The position numbers and the translations under genes are program-made. 32,000 nt of DNA from assembly GCA_964401865.1 (NCBI GenBank), contig CAYNZZ010000007.1:30001-62000 (forward strand), given 5' to 3'. Below, in pieces: positions 1-7,885 of the stretch (its first letter is position 1; each line of letters opens with the position of its first letter). The notes under the pieces were generated by a model that ran no database searches, was not told where the DNA came from, and saw only the letters and a program-made list of their open reading frames with translations. This DNA is from an uncultured Erysipelotrichaceae bacterium. GTDB taxonomy: Bacteria > Bacillota_I > Bacilli_A > Erysipelotrichales > Erysipelotrichaceae.

Positions 1-1
1 T

Positions 2-1003
2 GATGCCGAAGCATCATTGCTTTTCAAAATTATTAAGAAATTAACTAGTCAAGGAGTTGCGATCATCTATATTTCTCACAAGATTGAAGAAGTATTGGAT
101 ATTTCTGATGAAGTAACTGTCATGCGCGATGGTAAGTTGGTTGGAAATTGGGCAACTTGTGAAATGGATATGGATATGATTGTGGCTAAGATGGTTGGTC
201 ACGATATGGCCACTCGCTTCCCACTTAGAGATCATACGCCAACCGATGAAGTGGCGCTTGAAATTAAAAACTTTACCAGTGCTTACAGCAATAGTTTTGT
301 CGATATTAGCTTTGCAGTTAAAAAAGGTGAAATATTTGGTGTTGGTGGCTTAGTCGGAGCTCAACGTACTGAACTTATGGAATCGATATTTGGCTTAAGA
401 CCGGTTGAATGTGGCGAAATCTATATTGATGGAAATAAAGTGAGTATTAAGCAGCCTATCGATGCAATTAAAAATGGTATGGCCCTACTTACTGAAGAGA
501 GACGTCGTACAGGCATCTATCCGTCATTAGATATTACTGAAAATACTGTTGTCGTTAACGAGGCGGTACGTCCAAAGATTTACTTAAATAAATTTGGACT
601 ATTGAACCATAAGAAACGTAATGAAGAAACACAGCGCTATGTTGATCAGTTATCGACAAAGACTCCAAATCTAAAGACACAGATTCAATTTTTATCAGGT
701 GGTAACCAACAGAAAGTTCTATTAGGACGTTGGTTATTATCATCTCCAGATATTTTGATTCTTGATGAACCAACACGTGGTATTGACGTTGGAGCTAAAT
801 ATGAAATCTATTGTCTAATGGAACAAATGGCAAAAGAAGGAAAAACTGTCATTATGATTTCTTCAGAGATGCCTGAACTAATGGGCATGTCTGATCGAAT
901 TATGGTTATGTGTGAAGGACATCTTTCAGGTATTGTAGATGTTAGTACAACTACTGATGAGGAAATAATGCGTCTAGCAAGTGCATATTCTGAAGAAGCT
1001 TAA
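2..1003 (+). CDS. mglA: Sugar ABC transporter ATP-binding protein, MglA-like, 5'-truncated by the window edge
   Basis: The frame is open from nt 2. Second ABC-domain motifs are present: LSGGNQQKV, ILILDEPTRGIDVGAKYEIY and TEERRRTGIY. The C-terminus TTTDEEIMRLAS parallels E. coli MglA. Paralog of 16284..17792. Confidence 0.85.
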   Translation, partial: DAEASLLFKIIKKLTSQGVAIIYISHKIEEVLDISDEVTVMRDGKLVGNWATCEMDMDMIVAKMVGHDMATRFPLRDHTPTDEVALEIKNFTSAYSNSFVDISFAVKKGEIFGVGGLVGAQRTELMESIFGLRPVECGEIYIDGNKVSIKQPIDAIKNGMALLTEERRRTGIYPSLDITENTVVVNEAVRPKIYLNKFGLLNHKKRNEETQRYVDQLSTKTPNLKTQIQFLSGGNQQKVLLGRWLLSSPDILILDEPTRGIDVGAKYEIYCLMEQMAKEGKTVIMISSEMPELMGMSDRIMVMCEGHLSGIVDVSTTTDEEIMRLASAYSEEA

Positions 1004-1019
1004 TAAAAGGGGACTAACA

Positions 1020-2018
1020 ATGAATAAAAAAATTAATATTAAAAATCTAATAATGAACAATGTCCTATATGTCATTATGATTTTGATAGTCATAGGCATT
1101 GCAATCATTTCTCCAAAATTTCTTTCATTCCGCGTATTGCGTGATATATTGAACCAATCATCTGTTCGTGTATTAGTAGCATTAGGTGTAATGTTTGTCA
1201 TCGTATCTGGTAGTGCCGACTTGTCAGGTGGACGTCTAGTTGGTTTAACTGCTGTTGTTGCTGGTACGCTAGCACAAAGTGTTTCTACTAGTTTAAAATT
1301 TTTCCCAAATCTTCCCGAATTAAATCCAATCATTCCAATCGTTGTAGCAGTTTTGTTGGGATTAATAGTTGGACTATTTAATGGATTTGTTGTATCAAAA
1401 CTTAAAGTTCCCGCTTTCTTGGCAACTTTAGGTACACAAATGATTGTCTATGGTGCAAACTGTCTATTTATCGCTCTTCCTCCAAACAACTCTCAGCCTT
1501 TGGCGGGATTAACTGATGGTTTTAAAGAGATTGGCACTGGTAATATCGCTGGTGTTAACTATGTAATTATCATTTCAATTATTGCATCAGTATTGGTATG
1601 GATTTTCCAAACTAAGACAACTTTAGGTAAAGAAATATTTGCGGTTGGTGGTAATCCTGAAGCTGCAAAAGTATCAGGAATCAATGTATTTAAGATTACC
1701 CTAATCACTTATGCAATTGCCGGTGCTTTCTATGGTTTAGCTGGTGCATTGGAATGTGCAAGAACTGGTTCAGCTAACTCATCTTATGGTATGGGTTATG
1801 AACTAGATGCCATCGCTTCATGTATCATTGGCGGATGTTCTGCCGGCGGTGGTATCGGTGGCGTACCTGGTGTATTCTTAGGAGTTATAATTTTCAACGT
1901 AATTAACTATGGATTGACTTTCATTGGTTTGTCATCTTATTGGCAATATGTTGTTAAAGGAATAATTATCATTTTTGCAATCGCATTAGATGTTCGAAAA
2001 TATAATAAAAAGAACTAG
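1020..2018 (+). CDS. mglC: Sugar ABC transporter permease, MglC/RbsC family
   Basis: Multi-TM protein with family motifs GSADLSGGR and AVGGNPEAAKVSGINV. ATG at 1020 is preferred over 981 because the AAAGGGG Shine-Dalgarno lies 8-14 nt upstream and it avoids overlapping the mglA end. Confidence 0.85.
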   Translation: MNKKINIKNLIMNNVLYVIMILIVIGIAIISPKFLSFRVLRDILNQSSVRVLVALGVMFVIVSGSADLSGGRLVGLTAVVAGTLAQSVSTSLKFFPNLPELNPIIPIVVAVLLGLIVGLFNGFVVSKLKVPAFLATLGTQMIVYGANCLFIALPPNNSQPLAGLTDGFKEIGTGNIAGVNYVIIISIIASVLVWIFQTKTTLGKEIFAVGGNPEAAKVSGINVFKITLITYAIAGAFYGLAGALECARTGSANSSYGMGYELDAIASCIIGGCSAGGGIGGVPGVFLGVIIFNVINYGLTFIGLSSYWQYVVKGIIIIFAIALDVRKYNKKN

Positions 2019-2034
2019 TTATTAGATTAATACT

Positions 2035-2080
2035 ATACCAGTACTGTTAAAGGACGTTTTGCGGTACTGGTATATTTTTG
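2035..2080 (+). terminator. Rho-independent terminator after the first ABC operon
   Basis: The 10-bp arms ATACCAGTAC (2035-2044) and GTACTGGTAT (2064-2073) are followed by ATTTTT. The loop is rather large at 19 nt. Confidence 0.55.
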
Positions 2081-2099
2081 AAAAAAGGAGATTTAAAAT

Positions 2100-3674
2100 A
2101 TGGCTACAAAAAAATTCTTATGCTCAGATACTGCGCCTATTGTTTCAACTAAACAGGGTAAATTAAGAGGTTTTCAAACTGATGATTTATATTGTTTCTT
2201 TGGTGTTGAATACGCTAAAGCAGAACGATATGAAGAACCAAAAGAAGTTGAAAAATGGGATGGTGTTAAGGATGCTTTAAATTATGGATATGTTTGCCCA
2301 CTAATGAACCAAGATGTCGCAGATAAGGAATTGTTAGTTCCGCATCGCTATTGGTTAATGGATGAGCATTGTCAAAACTTAAATGTTTGGACGACATCAT
2401 TAGATAAGACAGCAAAAAAACCGGTTATGGTATGGTTCCACGGTGGTGCATACACTGCCGGTTCAACTATTGAACATATCTGTTATGAAGGTGACAACCT
2501 AGCAAAATATGGAGATGTAGTAGTTGTTGGTGTAAACCATCGTTTAAATGTTATCGGTTATCTTGATCTTTCTGATTTTGGTGAAGAATACAAAAATAGC
2601 GCTAACTTAGGCAATGCCGACTTAGTTGCATCACTAAAATGGGTGCACGATAATATTGAAGCGTTCGGTGGCGATCCAGAAAATGTTACTATATTTGGCC
2701 AATCAGGTGGCGGTATGAAAGTAACTGCATTGATGAACACGCCAGAAGCGAATGGTTTATTCCATAAAGCAATCGTTGAATCAGGTGTTGGTATGACATA
2801 CGAAAGTGGAAACACTAAAGAAGTTGTTGAGTTAATGTTAGAAAAACTTGGCGATAAAGCTACAATTGAAGACTTGAAGAAAGTTCCTTATCCTGAGCTT
2901 GTAAAGATTTATCATGAAGCCGTAACTGTGACAAAAGACAATAAAAATGTACATATCGGTAGTTGGCCTAAGAAAAACGATTGGTATTTAGGCGATCCAT
3001 GTGTAAATGGTTTTAGTGAAAATGCTAAAAATATTCCGGTATTAATTGGTTCGGTTATGGGTGAATTTAACTTTGAAAAAGGTGTTGAAGGCAAGTATAA
3101 ACTTAGTGATGAAGAATGTTTAGCTTTAGTTAAAGAAAAATATGGTGAACATACTGATGAACTTGTTAAAGCATTTAAAAAGGCATATCCTGGTAAGAAT
3201 TTAACTGATGCTTTATATCTTGACCAATTCTTTAGAGCTCCTACGAAAGAATTTATTAAAAAGCGTATAGCTGATAATTGCACTGATACATATAATTATA
3301 TGCTGACTTATGACTTCCCGATTGATGGAGGTAAGGTTGCATGGCACTGTTCAGAAATTCCATTTGTTTTCCACAACACCGAAAAGACTGCTTTGTATAA
3401 TGTCGAAGGTGAAACTGATGTGCTTGAAAAACAAATCTTTGAAGCGTTCGTTAATTTCGCTAAAAACGGCAAACCTTCATCTAGTGCATTACCTGAATGG
3501 CCAAAATGTGAAGATGGAGCTGAAAAATGTATGATTTTTGATACTGAATGTAAAGTTGTAACTAACTATGATGATGAATTATTGAAAGTATTAGACAAAA
3601 CAAACACAAAGGTTAATATGCCTCTTTCTAGCACAATTTTACCAGCAGGTTCTGGAGTTAAGGTTGTTCACTAA
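2100..3674 (+). CDS. Type B carboxylesterase/lipase family protein (para-nitrobenzyl-esterase-like)
   Basis: 524 aa. Family landmarks are VMVWFHGGAYTAGS (oxyanion region) and the nucleophile elbow FGQSGGG. AAAGGAG Shine-Dalgarno at 2084-2090. No signal peptide. Confidence 0.8.
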   Translation: MATKKFLCSDTAPIVSTKQGKLRGFQTDDLYCFFGVEYAKAERYEEPKEVEKWDGVKDALNYGYVCPLMNQDVADKELLVPHRYWLMDEHCQNLNVWTTSLDKTAKKPVMVWFHGGAYTAGSTIEHICYEGDNLAKYGDVVVVGVNHRLNVIGYLDLSDFGEEYKNSANLGNADLVASLKWVHDNIEAFGGDPENVTIFGQSGGGMKVTALMNTPEANGLFHKAIVESGVGMTYESGNTKEVVELMLEKLGDKATIEDLKKVPYPELVKIYHEAVTVTKDNKNVHIGSWPKKNDWYLGDPCVNGFSENAKNIPVLIGSVMGEFNFEKGVEGKYKLSDEECLALVKEKYGEHTDELVKAFKKAYPGKNLTDALYLDQFFRAPTKEFIKKRIADNCTDTYNYMLTYDFPIDGGKVAWHCSEIPFVFHNTEKTALYNVEGETDVLEKQIFEAFVNFAKNGKPSSSALPEWPKCEDGAEKCMIFDTECKVVTNYDDELLKVLDKTNTKVNMPLSSTILPAGSGVKVVH

Positions 3675-4087
3675 TGGGTTTTCTCGATTGCTTTACATAT
3701 AAAAGTACAAAGCGAAGAAAATATGACAGCAACCAATATATCAAATGGGCATTTCCATACGGTGATGACCAAAAGGAAAGAATTGAATCGCTACTTAAAG
3801 AATTGACGAATGAAAAACCACAAATAGCTCTTTCGACTTATCTTATTGGTAAAGAAGCAGCAATTGGTGATTGGCAAGATGCATCTGAAGGTATTAAAAA
3901 AATGTCTTTACATTTAGCTGTTAAACCGATTAAAAGAGTTTTGCAAACTAAAAATGATTATGATATTTCTATTTATCTAGCCTTGATTGAAGCAGATTTC
4001 CATATAGATGAAACACTAAACTATCCAAGTGCTGAGATGATCGAAAAAAGAGCTAAGGAAATCATAGAAGAATTAAAGGAGAATTAA
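3674..4087 (+). CDS. Hypothetical 137-aa protein, no recognisable motif
   Basis: Its ATG overlaps the upstream TAA (TAATG at 3672-3676). The next gene starts 2 nt after its stop. Support comes from operon position only. Confidence 0.55.
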   Translation: MGFLDCFTYKSTKRRKYDSNQYIKWAFPYGDDQKERIESLLKELTNEKPQIALSTYLIGKEAAIGDWQDASEGIKKMSLHLAVKPIKRVLQTKNDYDISIYLALIEADFHIDETLNYPSAEMIEKRAKEIIEELKEN

Positions 4088-4089
4088 TT

Positions 4090-4926
4090 GTGGCAATATT
4101 ACAGGTTACGCTATTTTCACGTTCACTAATGCGTACAGTGCCAGTTACTGTTATTTTACCGGCTGATAAAATGCCAAATATGGGTGATCCGATTGGTGAG
4201 GAAAGAGAATATCCGACACTTTATCTTCTGCATGGTATTATTGGTTCTACTCTCGACTGGCTAAGTGGGACACGCATTGAAAGATGGGCGATGGAACATG
4301 ATTTATGCGTTGTAATGCCGTCTGGTGATAATGCTTTCTATGTCGATAGACCTGCCAGCAATAATATGTATGGTCAATTTGTCGGTGAAGAGTTAGTTGA
4401 TTTAACTAGAAGAATGTTTCCATTATCACGAAAAAGAGAAGATACATTCATTGGTGGATTATCGATGGGCGGTTTCGGGGCATTGCGCAATGGCCTAAAA
4501 TATAATAAGACTTTTGGAGCAATTTGCGCTTTATCGGCAGCTATTGAAGTCGAAGGCTATGCAAAACGTGATAATAGTCATTCAATTTTCTTTCAGAATA
4601 GAGCATATGTTGAAGAATGCTTTGGCGATGTAGATAAAGTTGTGGAATCGGACAAAAATCCAAAATACTTGGTTAAAAAGATTGCTGAAAGCGATTGTGA
4701 TTTTCCTGACATCTATATGTGTTGTGGACTTGATGATATGCTTCTAGGTGCTAATCAAGATTTTAGTGACTATTTAGATGAATATGATGTAAAACATACC
4801 TTTGAAACTGGTCCAGGTGCTCATGAATGGGATTTCTGGGACACTTACATCAAAAAAATTATTGAATGGTTGCCACTTGAAAAGACAGGAACTGGCATCA
4901 ACAGTGGTAATGTTGGTGTTAAATAA
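4090..4926 (+). CDS. Esterase family protein (esterase D / tributyrin esterase EstA-like alpha/beta hydrolase)
   Basis: GTG start with AAGGAG Shine-Dalgarno at 4075-4080. Nucleophile elbow GGLSMGGFGA, and an N-terminus typical of the putative-esterase family. Confidence 0.75.
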   Translation: MAILQVTLFSRSLMRTVPVTVILPADKMPNMGDPIGEEREYPTLYLLHGIIGSTLDWLSGTRIERWAMEHDLCVVMPSGDNAFYVDRPASNNMYGQFVGEELVDLTRRMFPLSRKREDTFIGGLSMGGFGALRNGLKYNKTFGAICALSAAIEVEGYAKRDNSHSIFFQNRAYVEECFGDVDKVVESDKNPKYLVKKIAESDCDFPDIYMCCGLDDMLLGANQDFSDYLDEYDVKHTFETGPGAHEWDFWDTYIKKIIEWLPLEKTGTGINSGNVGVK

Positions 4927-4930
4927 AAAA

Positions 4931-4951
4931 GCTTACTCGAAATGAGTAAGC
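4931..4951. terminator. Hairpin between convergent genes (GCTTACTC/GAGTAAGC)
   Basis: 8-bp perfect stem with a 5-nt loop. An A-run upstream gives a U-run for the minus-strand transcript. Confidence 0.5.
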
Positions 4952-4960
4952 AGATATATA

Positions 4961-4985
4961 AAAGCCTCCTTGTAGGGAGGCTTTT
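4961..4985. terminator. Bidirectional rho-independent terminator (esterase operon / hsp20)
   Basis: AAAGCCTCC ttgta GGGAGGCTTT, a GC-rich stem flanked by A-rich sequence 5' and T-rich sequence 3'. Confidence 0.7.
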
Positions 4986-4991
4986 ATATGA

Positions 4992-5411
4992 TTATTCAAT
5001 CATAATTGATTTAGTGTTTTCAATTTCTTTCTTTTCGATCGATGGTACATTAAGAGTTAAAATACCGTTTTCAAATTTAGCTTTTATATCTTCGGCTTTA
5101 ATATCTTCACCGATATAATAACTTCTCGAACAAGAACCAAATGAACGCTCTTCATGGATTATATAACCCTTTTCATCTTTTTCAGTTTCATTAGCTTCAT
5201 GCTTAGCACTAATGCTCAGGTAACCATTCTTCAAATCAACACTAATATCTTCTTTTTGATACCCAGGCAATTCGACATCAATAATGTAGTTACCATCTTT
5301 TGAATGAATATCAGTTTTCATAATAGATGACATACCCTTTGTAAAGGAATTGTTAAACATGTCATCAAATACATCAGCAAATAAATCGTAATTTCTTGGT
5401 ACTAATTTCAT
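4992..5411 (-). CDS. Small heat-shock protein, Hsp20/alpha-crystallin family
   Basis: Alpha-crystallin domain signature: DIHSKDGNYIIDVELPGYQKEDISV ... FENGILTLNVP. ATG at 5411 is preferred over 5441 because a GAGG Shine-Dalgarno sits about 8 nt upstream. Confidence 0.85.
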   Translation of the reverse strand: MKLVPRNYDLFADVFDDMFNNSFTKGMSSIMKTDIHSKDGNYIIDVELPGYQKEDISVDLKNGYLSISAKHEANETEKDEKGYIIHEERSFGSCSRSYYIGEDIKAEDIKAKFENGILTLNVPSIEKKEIENTKSIMIE

Positions 5412-5489
5412 CTTTACCGCCTCTTTTCTTATGTTAAACAATAATGAAATTCTACCTAGGCTAGTTATCTTTAACCAACCTACAACTAT

Positions 5490-5517
5490 ATAATAGCACT
5501 ATTATTAGCACTGTCAA
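5490..5517 (-). promoter_or_regulatory. Sigma-A-type promoter for hsp20
   Basis: On the minus strand, -35 TTGACA (complement of 5512-5517), a 16-nt spacer, then -10 TATTAT (complement of 5490-5495). Confidence 0.55.
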
Positions 5518-5531
5518 TAGTAGAGTGCTAA
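5505..5531. promoter_or_regulatory. CIRCE element (HrcA operator)
   Basis: TTAGCACTG-N9-GAGTGCTAA against the consensus TTAGCACTC-N9-GAGTGCTAA (17 of 18 positions). It overlaps the -35 of the hsp20 promoter. Confidence 0.85.
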
Positions 5532-5646
5532 TAATTTTTATATTTTTTCATGTGTTTGAATAACGATATAGTTTCCGAACTAGAACTTAAAATTTCTTGC
5601 GTATTTAAATATCCGTTAATCTTGATAATTTAAAACCGTCCTTTTT

Positions 5647-5654
5647 GATATAAT
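5647..5654 (+). promoter_or_regulatory. Extended -10 promoter element (TGaTATAAT) for the rsmG operon
   Basis: TG at 5646-5647 and TATAAT at 5649-5654. There is no good -35. The ATG of rsmG begins 6 nt after the -10. Confidence 0.5.
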
Positions 5655-5660
5655 AATGTC

Positions 5661-6359
5661 ATGCACGAAAATGAATTTATAAATAAATTAAAAGAAAATG
5701 ATATTGTGTTAGATGAAACACAAATCGAACAATTTAGGACTTATGCAGAATTTCTTGCTGAATATAATGAAAAAATCAACTTAACCGCTATAACTAAAAT
5801 CGAAGAAATATATGAAAAACATTTTTATGATTCTTTGATTTCAAGCTTTGGTAAAGAACTAAAAGGTACTTTAGTCGATGTGGGAACAGGTGCCGGCTTT
5901 CCAGGAGTGGTATTAAAAATTGTTTATAAAGATTTAAAAGTAATATTGGTTGAACCGCTTAAAAAAAGATGCACCTTTTTAAATGAATTGATTGATAAAC
6001 TAAAACTTGAAAATATAGAGGTGGTCAATGAAAGAGGCGAAGAATATTCTCTGTTGCATCGTGAAGAATATGATTTTGTTACTGCAAGAGCTGTTACCAA
6101 TTTATCGGCGCTTATTGAGATATGCGGAGCAATGGTAAAAGTGAATGGTTATTTCTTGGCTTTAAGAGGTTTAAATGGTCAAGAAGAATTGAAAGAAGCT
6201 AAAAATGCTATTGCAAAGATGAGTTTTAAAGTTGATGAAGTAAAAGAAGAAGAATTGTCTGACAGTTCAAAAAGAGTAATTGCGTACTTGAAAAAGACTA
6301 AAGCCAGTCCATTAAAATTTCCTAGGAATTATAGTATGATTAAAAGGAAGCCGCTATGA
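5661..6359 (+). CDS. rsmG: 16S rRNA (guanine527-N7)-methyltransferase RsmG (GidB)
   Basis: SAM-binding motif VDVGTGAGFPGVVLKI. N-terminal pattern Q..QF..Y...L.EYNEKINLTAIT. Conserved position upstream of noc/parAB. Confidence 0.9.
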   Translation: MHENEFINKLKENDIVLDETQIEQFRTYAEFLAEYNEKINLTAITKIEEIYEKHFYDSLISSFGKELKGTLVDVGTGAGFPGVVLKIVYKDLKVILVEPLKKRCTFLNELIDKLKLENIEVVNERGEEYSLLHREEYDFVTARAVTNLSALIEICGAMVKVNGYFLALRGLNGQEELKEAKNAIAKMSFKVDEVKEEELSDSSKRVIAYLKKTKASPLKFPRNYSMIKRKPL

Positions 6360-7093
6360 GAGAGACAAAAAGAATTAACAGAGAATTGATTAACTGTGAG
6401 ATAAAAGAGAGTGATTATCAGGATGAAAAAATTATCAGTTTAATTGAGGCGATCAAAAATGATGTAGTTTTTAATACTATTACATTAAAAGAGAACAACG
6501 GAAGATATGATGTATTAGCTGATGAAAATGTATTAAAGGCTTATTTGATTAATGGAAACGAAGAAATCGAAGCCAATGTATTAACCGATGAAGATAATGC
6601 CGAAATAAATGCTACACTTTTGCAGAATATGCAAAGAGTTAAAAATAGTGTCATTGATGAAGCTTTGGCGATGGAAAAAATTATGGTTGATGAAGATATT
6701 ACCCAAGTCAATCTGGCAAAAAGATTAGGTCTTAAACAATCGACAATCGCTAATAAGCTTAGACTTTTAAAACTTCCTGACTATGTTAAAAAGGCAGTGG
6801 ATAATGGTATTTTAACTGAAAGACATGCCAGAGCATTGCTTAAAGTGGAAAGTGAAAAACTGGAAGATGTTTTTAATACTATTGTAAATAGAAAATACAA
6901 CGTCAAAAAGACTGAAGAATACATTAAAGGTTTAAATATTCATTCAAATCGTGGTGTATCTAATAATGTAAGAATTGGTATCAACACAGTTGAAGAAGCA
7001 TATAAATTATGTAAAAAGAGTGGACTTGACTGTGATTTTTCAAGCAGAGAGAGTGAGGATGAAATTAAAGTTATCATTCGCTTTAAAAAATAG
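6356..7093 (+). CDS. Noc-like ParB-family DNA-binding protein with a degenerate N-terminal domain
   Basis: The HTH region LGLKQSTIANKLRLLKLP..ITERHARAL and the C-terminus RIGINTV...IKVIIRFKK closely resemble B. subtilis Noc. The start overlaps the rsmG stop (ATGA). Confidence 0.8.
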   Translation: MRETKRINRELINCEIKESDYQDEKIISLIEAIKNDVVFNTITLKENNGRYDVLADENVLKAYLINGNEEIEANVLTDEDNAEINATLLQNMQRVKNSVIDEALAMEKIMVDEDITQVNLAKRLGLKQSTIANKLRLLKLPDYVKKAVDNGILTERHARALLKVESEKLEDVFNTIVNRKYNVKKTEEYIKGLNIHSNRGVSNNVRIGINTVEEAYKLCKKSGLDCDFSSRESEDEIKVIIRFKK

Positions 7094-7105
7094 GGGAGTA
7101 AAGAT

Positions 7106-7885
7106 ATGGGGAAAATTATTGCGATTGCCAATCAAAAAGGCGGTGTCGGTAAGACTACAACCAGTATTAATCTAGCATCTGGTTTAGCTTATTTAAATAA
7201 AAAAGTATTATTGGTGGATTTTGACCCGCAAGGTAATGCAACACAGGGAATTGGCCATTCAGTGCTACTCAATGACCTGACGGTGTATGATGCCTTGCTT
7301 GGACAAGCAGATATCGAAAAATGTATTAGTCAGGTCAAAAGGCCACCATTAGATATTTTACCTGCCAATATTAACTTAGCTGGCGCGGATTTACAGATGA
7401 TTAAAATTGAAGAAAATCGTGAGTGCCTATTAAAGAATATTCTGGATAAGATAAAAGATAATTATGACTATATAATTATTGATTGTCCGCCATCTTTAGG
7501 CTTGTTGAATACCAATGCCTTGACGGCTGCTAATTCAGTAATGATTCCAGTTCAATGTGAATATTATGCCCTGGAAGGTGTAACTCAGTTATTGCAGACC
7601 ATTCGTCTTGTTCAGAAACTGTTTAATCCAGGACTTAGAATCGAAGGGGTACTGCTTACGATGTTTGATCGTAGAACAAACTTATCGCAAGAAGTTTTCG
7701 ATGAAGTGCATCAACACTTTAAAGAAAAAACTTACCATACATATATTCCAAGGAATATCAAATTGTCTGAAGCACCATCACAAGGTAAATCAATATTTGA
7801 TTATGATATGAACTCTGATGGAGCTAAGGCTTATGTCGCTTTGACAAAAGAAGTTATAAGCAACAATAAGGGAGAATGGAAATGA
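7106..7885 (+). CDS. soj: Chromosome partitioning ATPase ParA/Soj
   Basis: Deviant Walker A NQKGGVGKTTT, then DFDPQGNAT and IIIDCPPSLG. GGGGAG Shine-Dalgarno upstream. Confidence 0.92.
   Translation: MGKIIAIANQKGGVGKTTTSINLASGLAYLNKKVLLVDFDPQGNATQGIGHSVLLNDLTVYDALLGQADIEKCISQVKRPPLDILPANINLAGADLQMIKIEENRECLLKNILDKIKDNYDYIIIDCPPSLGLLNTNALTAANSVMIPVQCEYYALEGVTQLLQTIRLVQKLFNPGLRIEGVLLTMFDRRTNLSQEVFDEVHQHFKEKTYHTYIPRNIKLSEAPSQGKSIFDYDMNSDGAKAYVALTKEVISNNKGEWK

Noticed and set aside
5550-5633. 27-aa ORF (MCLNNDIVSELELKISCVFKYPLILII) in the hsp20-rsmG intergenic region
   Set aside because: It has no Shine-Dalgarno, lies within promoter DNA and has no recognisable features. It is likely a chance ORF in AT-rich sequence.
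5442-5660. oriC / DnaA-box cluster, given the origin-proximal gene set
   Set aside because: I found only isolated imperfect TTATCCACA-like words (for example TTATCCAAA on the minus strand near 22314-22322 and TTATCCAAC near 16610-16618). No cluster or AT-rich unwinding repeat array is present, so oriC is presumably outside the window.
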